The position numbers and the translations under genes are program-made. The notes below the pieces were generated by a model. It saw nothing but the letters and a program-made list of their open reading frames with translations, was not told the DNA's origin and did no database searches. From positions 3,419 to 67,418 of the forward strand of contig JAFTXI010000046.1 in NCBI GenBank assembly GCA_017461665.1: 64,000 bases of DNA, in the 5' to 3' direction. The DNA comes from Bacteroidales bacterium. GTDB lineage: Bacteria > Bacteroidota > Bacteroidia > Bacteroidales > F082. Numbering within the stretch: position 1 is the first letter of the stretch; each line of letters begins with the position of its first letter. This document shows positions 50,762-58,770 of this stretch, piece by piece.

Positions 50762-51772
50762 ATGGCAAACACAATTTATCTCGTGACCGGAGCAGCCGGT
50801 TTTTTAGGCAGCAATGTCTGCGCCCAATTATTGGAACGTGGTGAAAAAGTAAGAGCATTTGTCCTTGAAGGAGATACAGCGGCAAAGTATATCCCGAAAG
50901 ATGTTGAGATTGTTTATGGCGACCTCTGCGACAAGCAGTCTTTGGAGAAGTTTTTCGATGTTGAAGAAGGAACTGAAACGATTTGTATTCACGTTGCGAG
51001 TATGGTGACGGTGAATCCGAACTATCGTAAAGTCGTTTTAGATGTCAATGTTGGTGGAACAGAAAACATCGTAGATCTTTGTCTCGAGCATAAAGAGTGT
51101 AAGAAATTAGTATATGTAAGTTCGACGGGAGCTATTCCAGAGCGTCCTCATAAAGAGAAGATTAAAGAATCGAGCGATTTCAATTTGGATCATGTGGTGG
51201 GTTGGTACAGCAAGAGTAAAGCCATGGCAACCAACAACGTATTCACAGCAATTCAGAAGAGAGGACTTCAAGCCTGCGTCGTTTATCCTACTGGAATATT
51301 TGGTCCGAACGACAACGCGATGAGCGAGACAACGTCAACGATAGTTAAAATCATTAAAGGAGAAATGCCAATAGGAATCAACGGTTCTTTCAACTTAGTC
51401 GATGTGAGAGACTTGGCAGCAGGTTGTATTGCAGCAGCCGACAAAGGAAAAGTCGGGGAAGGTTATATCCTTGGCAACGAGGTTATTACTCTTAAAAGAT
51501 TAAGCAATCTGCTTCAGAAGGAACTTGGATGTCAGCCGATAAAATTCTTCTTACCTATCAAGATGGCTGAGAAGATCGCCAAGAAGATGGAGAAGAAAGC
51601 CGCCAAGACAGGAAAGATGCCGATGATGACGACATTCTCAGTCTATAACTTAAAGAGAAACAACAAATTCGATTATAGCAAGGCAGAACGCGAGTTAGGA
51701 TACAAGACACGTCCTATCGAAGAGACGCTCCGTGACGAAGCCCAATGGCTTAAAGAAAACGGAAAGATTTGA
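50762..51772 (+). CDS. NAD-dependent epimerase/dehydratase family SDR (dihydroflavonol-reductase-like)
   Basis: Rossmann motif VTGAAGFLGSNV and catalytic YxxxK (YSKSK). Confidence 0.88.
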   Translation: MANTIYLVTGAAGFLGSNVCAQLLERGEKVRAFVLEGDTAAKYIPKDVEIVYGDLCDKQSLEKFFDVEEGTETICIHVASMVTVNPNYRKVVLDVNVGGTENIVDLCLEHKECKKLVYVSSTGAIPERPHKEKIKESSDFNLDHVVGWYSKSKAMATNNVFTAIQKRGLQACVVYPTGIFGPNDNAMSETTSTIVKIIKGEMPIGINGSFNLVDVRDLAAGCIAAADKGKVGEGYILGNEVITLKRLSNLLQKELGCQPIKFFLPIKMAEKIAKKMEKKAAKTGKMPMMTTFSVYNLKRNNKFDYSKAERELGYKTRPIEETLRDEAQWLKENGKI

Positions 51773-51807
51773 GGTTTAGAGGGAGTTAAAGGGAGAAAGG
51801 GACAGAG

Positions 51808-51828
51808 GAATTGAAAGTTGAAAATTGA
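51808..51828. repeat. 21-bp inverted-repeat arm (left): gaattgaaagttgaaaattga
   Basis: 20/21 match to the reverse complement of 53977-53997. Confidence 0.8.
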
Positions 51829-51907
51829 AAATGGAGAATTGACTTTAGGACTCTGACCCTCTCACCATTTATGCCTTTAATTATGCATTATGAATTGAAT
51901 TACAACT

Positions 51908-51962
51908 TCGAACCTGACACGACTGTGATACGACTGTGACAGGAAGGAGACTCCTACGAATT
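51908..51962. repeat. 55-bp direct-repeat copy 1 (tcgaacctgacacgactgtgatacgactgtgacaggaaggagactcctacgaatt)
   Basis: Identical to 53785-53850 except that copy 2 has one extra 11-bp unit (gatacgactgt). Confidence 0.9.
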
Positions 51963-53593
51963 ATTGATTTTCCAATAACCTCCTTTGTTGGGACCAACAT
52001 GTTCTATTACGGGATTTAGTTTTTCAATATCACGACGAATTGTTTTTTCATTTACCTTTAATTTTTCTGACATTTCATCGATTGTTATTTGAGGATCAGC
52101 AGTTATTAGTTCCACTATCTTAAGATGTCTCTTATATTCTTTGTTCTTCAATTTTTTTATTGGTATATAATCTAAACAAACATCTAACTCATCTGATTCT
52201 AAACCTTTCATATCATTTTCTGAGGACATTTTCTGATTTGTCAGGACATTTTCATCACTTTCTGTGGACATTTTCGGGTTTGTCAGGACATTTTCATCAC
52301 TTTCTGTGGACATTTTCGGATTTGTCAGGACATTTTCGAATTTGTTAGGACATTTTCATCATTTTCTGAGGACATTTTTATATATGTTATCGAAAAAATA
52401 AAGTGAGAACCATTAAGAATTTCCACTTTATAATCTGGTTGATATAATGGAGCATAGCGTAATATATTTCTCGACCCCGACCCCATATCTTCAACCCATG
52501 ATAATTCATGAAAAACCTTAACCAATAATGGATTCTTTGTATAATTATTAAGTTGTTCTAATTTCAAATTTCCTTCTGGAATTTCAGGAAGTAATCTACT
52601 TGGATTTTTAGTCAAAACCCTATCTTTAAACACATGAAAAAAACAGGCATAACCACTACTAAAATCGCTATGGACACACATATTGGCTATTATCTCACGA
52701 AATAGATTCCATCTTAAATCTATTCGTCTTGTTGTCCCGATTGGAAGATAAAACTTATCTGGCAAATATCTTTCTGTAAATTGGGATAATTCATTATATA
52801 CATTGATAAGATTGCAGCGTAATGTACGACGATCATCATAACGATTTGACAATGACGACATATCAGTGTATTGTTTATATGTACACATGTGAAATACGGC
52901 TTCAAACCTATATCGTGGCAAAAATTCTTGTATTGAAGATTCTTTTCCAAATAGAATAAGTGCTGCATATTTTATTTTAAGTTCCTTAGTAATCTGGTCT
53001 CTTTTTGCAAGATGTAAATGTATTAATATCTCTTCATCAGATAGTTGCAGCCATGAATGGTTTGGTTTATTAACAGAAAGAATTTTACGACAAAATTGAA
53101 TGGTTTTATGATCTATATCATCAATATTTAAACCATCAACAAATCTTTCTTCAAACAAATGCGGATTCTTCCGTTCAAACAACGATAACAATAATTCCGG
53201 ATGGTCTGTTATGTCTAAATCTATTTCTCCGTTTCTGTCGAAGTATCTTCCGTTATATCTATAAACATATTGTCCACATGGTATGTGTAAAACCATTGCG
53301 ACCTTATCTTCTATTTCAACAATTTCGGGAGTAAGGTAAAGACTCGGTAAAAATAGATCCTTATTTTTCACAGTGCTAATAATATTATTTTTAAGTTCTT
53401 GTATTTTATCAGGATTTACACCTATGATTTTACCATTGTCATTTACCCCAATTAAAATGATTCCTCCGCTATGATTCAGAAAAGAGCAAACACTTTCATA
53501 CAGAGAATATGAAATCTGATCATAACATGTTTTGTACTCAATTTGAGAGTTCTCTCCCTCTTTTGATAATTTTATAAATTGTTTAGTTTCCAT
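51954..53593 (-). pseudogene. AlbA_2/Schlafen-type DNA-binding + HATPase_c_4 + C-terminal wHTH protein (often misannotated as RecG-like), split into 422-aa and 119-aa ORFs
   Basis: The N-terminal ORF has an AlbA_2-like start (SQIEYKTCYDQ...NHSGGIILIGVNDNGKIIGV). The C-terminal ORF has the wHTH (IVELITADPQITIDEMSEKLKVNEKTIRRDIEKL...GPNKGGYWKI). The break lies in a tandem repeat at 52330/52331. Confidence 0.7.
52209..52372. repeat. coding tandem repeat made of alternating 22-nt (A) and 20-nt (B) modules, giving a 42-nt / 14-aa unit (MSTESDENVLTNPK)
   Basis: Module order on the plus strand is A-B-A-B-A-B-B-A. The B-B junction at 52330/52331 shifts the reading frame. Confidence 0.9.
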
Positions 53594-53784
53594 TGGTTTA
53601 TGATTCTATAAAACTTCACTTACTCATCTCCACGCTGCAAAACTAAACCTATTGTTATTGATCTCCAAATATTTTTAGTTAATATTCATTAACATTCTCA
53701 ATATTTTACGATTTGAGTGTTTTTGTTAACATTTTTCCTTAAAAGTTTTTAACAAATGATTTAGTTAGAACAGGAATCTCTCAC

Positions 53785-53850
53785 TCGAACCTGACACGAC
53801 TGTGATACGACTGTGATACGACTGTGACAGGAAGGAGACTCCTACGAATT
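53785..53850. repeat. direct-repeat copy 2 (66 bp, with 3.5 rather than 2.5 copies of the 11-bp unit)
   Basis: See copy 1 at 51908-51962. Confidence 0.9.
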
Positions 53851-53976
53851 GACACTGATGGGCACGGATTGGTTTCTGCGTGATTTTAATTAGAAGTATC
53901 TCTCGCAAAGGCGCAAAGGAACGCAAAGTTTTAAATTCCAGATTAACAGTGTATTCAGCACAATCGGCATTAGTTG

Positions 53977-53997
53977 TCAATTGTCAACTTTCAATTC
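53977..53997. repeat. 21-bp inverted-repeat arm (right): tcaattgtcaactttcaattc
   Basis: Its reverse complement matches 51808-51828 at 20/21 positions. Confidence 0.8.
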
Positions 53998-54025
53998 ATC
54001 CAATTATGCACTATGAATTACTCTT

Positions 54026-54200
54026 GGGCGTTCCGGCGAAGCCGTCGGGCTTTCCGCTATATCTTTGCTCGCTCCCGTCTCCGCTCTCGGTCGTTGAGCT
54101 TGTCGAAACGCCGGTCACTTCGACAGGCTCAGTGACCTGTTCCCGCTCTCGCACCTATGGAAGCTCACAAAGGATGCCGCTCCAATCCCTAACGCAAAAC
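54026..54200. other. GC-rich structured intergenic element (candidate ncRNA or REP-like repeat)
   Basis: A sharp local GC rise inside AT-rich DNA. There is a 12-bp stem (54096-54107 with 54119-54130) and a competing 7-bp stem (54113-54119 with 54131-54137). Confidence 0.4.
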
Positions 54201-54574
54201 GCTGCTATAAAAGAAGTTACGATTTATAATTGTAGTGATTTTATTCATATAAAAAATTACTTATTGTTTGTTAGGCTATTTTTCAAAGCTATACCCTTTG
54301 CTGTAAGGCGGTATTTTTGTTTCTGGAGCAATCGTAGTCTTCAACTCTGTTTCTTATACGTCATCTCAGCTACTAAGTTGTAAAATTCTTATAAGCAAAT
54401 CTAAGCAGAGTAACGCAATTCAACGCAAAGAACGGCATTTAAAACCAAATCTAAAAAGATGGTTGATATTACGATTATTTTTGCCGTGAAAATTCATTGT
54501 TGAATTGACAATTAACGATTTAGCATTGGATTATTATAGTTCTACATTTATTAACAATTTTAAATTTATCTATT

Positions 54575-55213
54575 ATGGGTAATATCAAACAAGGTATCCT
54601 GGGAGGATTCTCAGGTAAGGTCGGAACCGTGATTGGTTCAAGTTGGAAGGGGATTTCTTATATGAGAGCAATTGCCCCTAATGTTAAAGATGCGCGCACT
54701 GCCAAACAGTTGGGTCAGCGTGAGAAGTTCGCGCTTGTGCTTGGTTTTCTGCGTCCGCTTCAATCTTATATCCGTGTGGGATTTAAGATGTATGCGACGC
54801 GACAGACAGCTTTCAATGCGGCAATGTCGTACACTTTGAAAAACGCCATTAAAGGTGTTTCTCCTGATGTGTCAATCGATTATTCTAAGGTGATGGTTTC
54901 GAGGGGCAGTCTCGCTCTGCCTTTGAACATCCAGAAGCAGAATAACGAGGGTGAGATTGCAATCTCATGGAGCGACAACAGCGGCACCGCCAATGCTCTT
55001 GACACTGATTTCGCCATGCCGTTGGCGTATAATGCTAACAAGCAGGAGTCTGTTTATGACATGGTTTCCGCATGTCGTGGCGATGAGGGCGTCAGCCTGA
55101 ATTATCCTTCTAATTGGACGGGAGACACTGTCCATGTGTATTTGGGATTTGTATCGGAGAATGGTTCTTTGGTATCGGATTCTGTTTACATTGGAGAAGT
55201 GGTAATTGAATGA
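54575..55213 (+). CDS. DUF6266-like protein
   Basis: 212 aa. The N-terminus MGNIKQGILGGFSGKVGTVIGSSWKGISYMR resembles the Bacteroidota DUF6266 family as I recall it. This has not been verified. Confidence 0.5.
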   Translation: MGNIKQGILGGFSGKVGTVIGSSWKGISYMRAIAPNVKDARTAKQLGQREKFALVLGFLRPLQSYIRVGFKMYATRQTAFNAAMSYTLKNAIKGVSPDVSIDYSKVMVSRGSLALPLNIQKQNNEGEIAISWSDNSGTANALDTDFAMPLAYNANKQESVYDMVSACRGDEGVSLNYPSNWTGDTVHVYLGFVSENGSLVSDSVYIGEVVIE

Positions 55214-55253
55214 TTGTCTTACCATAAGCTATTATTCTTTTACTTAAGAAGTA

Positions 55254-55290
55254 GTCCTCAGTACTTGTTATTCAGGTATTGAGGATTGCT
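55254..55290 (+). terminator. hairpin terminator
   Basis: gtcctcagtac (55254-55264) pairs with gtattgaggat (55276-55286), with one G-U pair. Confidence 0.5.
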
Positions 55291-55870
55291 TATTAATTGA
55301 CAATAAACAATTTGCAATTAGCAATTACTATATATCATAAATATCGTTTGCATAAACATTTTTTTCACAAATGGATATTATTTTATAAAGAAATCATCAA
55401 CAATTTATTGTTGAAAGAAAATCAATAATTTAGGTTGTTTTTCTATAGCCTTTTAGTCATTATTTTTATAATTTTGTAACTAAACCAAAAACTTTTACCG
55501 TTGGTTATCTCTATTATTAATTTGACGGCAAATGGTTGACGGTCTTTATATATAAACTTAATATTTTTTAAGAATGAACAGTAATAATTTAGAAGAATTA
55601 CAAGCAGTTACGGGTCTCAGGTTTATTCTCCGTTCCGACATGCTTATTAAAGCTGTTGTTTTCAGAGATCCTTATCGGGATTTTACTGATTTGCTTCTTG
55701 AGCAAGCAAAGTGTTTAAAATGTGCGTACGGCAAGATTTGCTTTATGTATTTAATGCTGAAGTTGTATTTTCACATTGATTTTCAAGGGTATTACAGCAG
55801 GAGGTGTCATTATGGGATGTTTGAAGTTGTATTGGTTTTGTATTTTTTAACATTTAGGAGAAATAGCGCG

Positions 55871-56260
55871 ATGAAGGACAAAAAATTAATAACAGAAACA
55901 GTTGAAAATGTTAAATCTCAGGATTGTGATAACAAAGGATGTCGATATAATGACTGTCCTTTACGTAATGAGTTGATAAGGCGGGGTATATTGCCTGATG
56001 ACAATGCCGGTGACATTCCTGCCAAAGATGTTGCGAACACTCCGTTAGAGGATTGGATAGACAGCCATGACGTCATGAGATTACTTCATATAAGCCAAAG
56101 GACGTTGCAGACATTGCGGTCTAATGGCATGATAAAGTTCTCTAAATTAGGAAAGAATATTTACTACCGACGAAAGGACATCCAAAATATATTGGCTCAG
56201 AATCATACCATGTTCGAGATAGTACACGAATATGGTAAGAAACGAAAAAAAACGGCGTAG
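55871..56260 (+). CDS. helix-turn-helix (excisionase/MerR-like, HTH_17-type) DNA-binding protein
   Basis: The 129-aa version starts MKDKKL. The C-terminal HTH is VMRLLHISQRTLQTLRSNGMIKFSKLGKNIYYRRKDI. The upstream 99 codons of the track ORF look non-coding. Confidence 0.65.
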   Translation: MKDKKLITETVENVKSQDCDNKGCRYNDCPLRNELIRRGILPDDNAGDIPAKDVANTPLEDWIDSHDVMRLLHISQRTLQTLRSNGMIKFSKLGKNIYYRRKDIQNILAQNHTMFEIVHEYGKKRKKTA

Positions 56261-56277
56261 AGATTTACATTAGAAGC

Positions 56278-56318
56278 AATCCCTCGGTACTTGATTGAAC
56301 GCTGAGGGATTTTTATTT
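56278..56318 (+). terminator. rho-independent terminator
   Basis: atccctc (56279-56285) pairs with gagggat (56304-56310), followed by ttttatttgg. Confidence 0.6.
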
Positions 56319-56323
56319 GGAGG

Positions 56324-56616
56324 AATCCACGAATGTTTTTTAGTCCACGAATTGACACGAATTAACACTAATATTTGTCTCCACGGATCTTGGGAATCTG
56401 CACGGAGTTTTTTGGGTCCACGAATTGGCACGAATATTTTTCTCCACTGATCTCGGGTATCTCACAGATATTTTTAGTCCACGAATTGACACGAATTGGC
56501 ACGAATATTTTTCCCCACTGATCTCGGGTATCTCACAGATATTTTTAGTCCACGAATTGGCACGAATTAACACTAATAATTTTCTCCACGTATCTCGGGT
56601 ATCTCGCGGATATTTT
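56324..56616. repeat. tandem repeat of four units (72, 62, 71 and 70 bp) plus a partial leader copy
   Basis: The units start at 56341, 56414, 56476 and 56547. Each is (t)agtccacgaatt[g/a]rcac...ctccac.gatctcgggtatctcacagatattttt, with internal cacgaatt sub-repeats. Confidence 0.9.
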
Positions 56617-56681
56617 ATGTTCGTCAATAAAGTAAGTTGATGCAAACATGTGTAATATCTGCATCAACTTTATTGTGTAGT

Positions 56682-58730
56682 TTATTGTTTGATAATCAGT
56701 TTGGAGTTGATGTTGTCGATTGTTATTGTTCCGAATCTTTCAAGTACACTTTGACCGAGTAGAAGTGGTGCTTGTTGTTTGTCGATGACGGTGGCTTCGA
56801 CATTCTTCAAAATGGCATCTCCTATCTTGATTTCTCTTAATCGAATGGTTGTTCCTTCATGTATGTCGCCTGTTGCGGTGCTGTAATGTTGTTTTCCTTT
56901 TATGTCGTCGGAAGTTAAATATCCATTTTTGAGCATGAAGTTTGCCTCGACTGATGAGATTGTGACGATACTTGCTCCCGTGTCGAAGGTGAATTTCAGA
57001 GGGAGTCCATTCACGGAGCATTCTACCTCATAAACTCCACTGTACATTTTCTTCATCGGTATTTCCGAAATATTTGAGATTTCGTCTTGCTTATCATTAT
57101 CACCGTTGATAGTGGCGATTGGTTTGTCTTTATACTCTTTAATAAGGGCAATGAAATCAGGATGGTTTCTGATAGGATCCATATCGTCGTCATTTTCGAT
57201 ATGAGCGAAAGAGCGGTTGCCTTTTTCAAGAGATATACGTAATGCTGCAATGGCTTCGTCGGTCTTGCCCATTCTTGAGAACAGACATGCCTTGTCGTAG
57301 TATTGACCACTGTTTTCCGGATCATTTTCAATTACCTTATTCATCCATTCGATGGCTTCATCATCTCTACCCAAGAAGTGCAATGCGTATTGACGACAAC
57401 TTCCAGATTCTGCAACAGTATCTAACTTCAATATTTCTTCAAAATCGGCGTTTGCCAATTCTTTCATTCCTTGTTTGTTATAGAGTTCACCACGCATCAG
57501 AAATATGTATGGGTATTCTTTATCTACATCAATGCCGGCATTGTAGTTTTCCATTGCGGTTTTGTCGTCACCTTTGAGTTCGTAGCACCAGCCACGCATA
57601 TAATAAGCATACGCATACGTAGGGTAAACCTCTATCATTTGGGAGAAATCAACTATCGCCTCGTCATAACGGCCAGCTTCACGATAATAATTTGCTCTTT
57701 GGGATAATCCATAATAATCTTTTGCATTACCCATCTCAAGGTATTTGGTTATTTCAGCGACAGCATGGTCTGTATCACCTATTTCGCTATAACACATACT
57801 CTTGTAGTAGTAAATATCTGCGGATACTCCATATTCTTTCTCGATATTGTTATACTCTTCTATAGCCTTGACAAAATCGTACATCCATTCATATATGCTT
57901 GTGCGAAGCATTTTCCACATATAATTGTCATCATTATTGTTAATCATCTTGTTTACCTTGGCAAGGGAATAAGTGAGATGTTTTTTAAGGATGTATTCGT
58001 AATATACCGGATTTTCCGAATAATAGATATAAAGGATAGCATCGTCGATAGCTAAGTCCGTCTTGCCCATTTTATCGTATGCCTGCATTCTGAAGCTGTA
58101 TATAGCTTCGTATGTGTTGTCGTACTTTTCGCATTTATTGCACATTTCTATTGCTTTGTCATACTCGCCACGGTTAATCATATTGCGAGCCAATCCTATC
58201 ATAGCGACTTGATCGGTTTCATCATGTTTAAGCATGAGGTCATAGTCGGCATCTGCCTTTTCAACATCGCCCATATAATAAAAAATTTCAGCACGCTCAT
58301 ACAATACAGTATGAATAAGTTCTGTGTTCTTTTCCTTAAGTAGCATTTTGTATGTTATACTATAATCATCTATAGCCTTATCAAGTTCATTCAAATCAAC
58401 ATATACACGAGCCCTGGACCAATATAACGTAGATTTTTGGATATCTTCTTTTTTATTCCAATTCTTTATCGACATGTTAAGATCGGTAAGAGCAAAACCA
58501 TATTTATCCTGTAGATAGTATATATGAGCTCTTAGGAGATATGCCTCCGACAATTTAGGAGTTTCCTCTAATTGCATATTGACGTATTTTATTGAGCCAT
58601 CGAAATCATTCTGGTCAAAAAGTTCATACGCCTTACGCAAGTTATAATCAGATACTTGATTCTTTTGAGCATAGCACATCTGAAGACTCATGAAGATGGC
58701 TATAACGGCTATTAACAATGCTTTTTTCAT
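56682..58730 (-). CDS. secreted multi-TPR protein with a C-terminal retropepsin-like (clan AA) aspartic protease domain
   Basis: Signal peptide MKKALLIAVIAIFMSLQMCYA. About 500 aa of TPR-like A/Y/D repeats. The C-terminal 120 aa or so carry FTFDTGAS (DTG at 56976-56984) and the LLLGQSVLERF flap/dimer region. Confidence 0.8.
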   Translation of the reverse strand: MKKALLIAVIAIFMSLQMCYAQKNQVSDYNLRKAYELFDQNDFDGSIKYVNMQLEETPKLSEAYLLRAHIYYLQDKYGFALTDLNMSIKNWNKKEDIQKSTLYWSRARVYVDLNELDKAIDDYSITYKMLLKEKNTELIHTVLYERAEIFYYMGDVEKADADYDLMLKHDETDQVAMIGLARNMINRGEYDKAIEMCNKCEKYDNTYEAIYSFRMQAYDKMGKTDLAIDDAILYIYYSENPVYYEYILKKHLTYSLAKVNKMINNNDDNYMWKMLRTSIYEWMYDFVKAIEEYNNIEKEYGVSADIYYYKSMCYSEIGDTDHAVAEITKYLEMGNAKDYYGLSQRANYYREAGRYDEAIVDFSQMIEVYPTYAYAYYMRGWCYELKGDDKTAMENYNAGIDVDKEYPYIFLMRGELYNKQGMKELANADFEEILKLDTVAESGSCRQYALHFLGRDDEAIEWMNKVIENDPENSGQYYDKACLFSRMGKTDEAIAALRISLEKGNRSFAHIENDDDMDPIRNHPDFIALIKEYKDKPIATINGDNDKQDEISNISEIPMKKMYSGVYEVECSVNGLPLKFTFDTGASIVTISSVEANFMLKNGYLTSDDIKGKQHYSTATGDIHEGTTIRLREIKIGDAILKNVEATVIDKQQAPLLLGQSVLERFGTITIDNINSKLIIKQ

Positions 58731-58770
58731 AATTTTGTGTTATTTTAATTATTTCTATTTTATCAATTTC

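Noticed and set aside
51905-51925. The ttcgaacc string as a tRNA T-loop fragment (a possible tRNA-derived att site)
   Set aside because: The flanking bases cannot form a T-stem (acaac versus ctgac are not complementary). No acceptor or anticodon arms are evident, and the second copy differs immediately upstream. No tRNA gene was found anywhere in the window.
52160-52348. 62-aa plus-strand ORF with repeats (SGHFHHFLWTFSDLSGHF)
   Set aside because: It is simply the antisense reading of the 42-nt tandem repeat within the AlbA_2-wHTH gene linker.
53880-54383. 167-aa plus-strand ORF (and the 71-aa minus-strand ORF at 53765-53980) as protein-coding genes
   Set aside because: They run through the direct repeat, the word repeats and the GC-rich hairpin element. 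Their composition is Ser/Leu/Pro/Cys-rich junk. There is no promoter motif or plausible start context, so they are most likely non-coding.
55574-55870. N-terminal 99-codon extension of the HTH gene (the 228-aa track ORF)
   Set aside because: The extension has non-protein-like composition (CLKCAYGKICFMYLMLKLYFHIDFQGYYSRRCHYGMF). HTH_17-type proteins are typically about 100-130 aa, so the internal ATG at 55871 gives the canonical size.
56324-56616. Possible CRISPR array, given the regularly spaced repeats
   Set aside because: The units are contiguous and homologous along their whole length, with no unique spacers between short conserved repeats. No cas genes are nearby. It is a tandem minisatellite, not a CRISPR.
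56340-56645. 101-aa minus-strand and 71-aa plus-strand ORFs across the tandem repeat
   Set aside because: Their internal periodicity comes from the DNA repeat. There is no start context and the translated words are repetitive (NSWTK, IRANSW), so they are judged non-coding.
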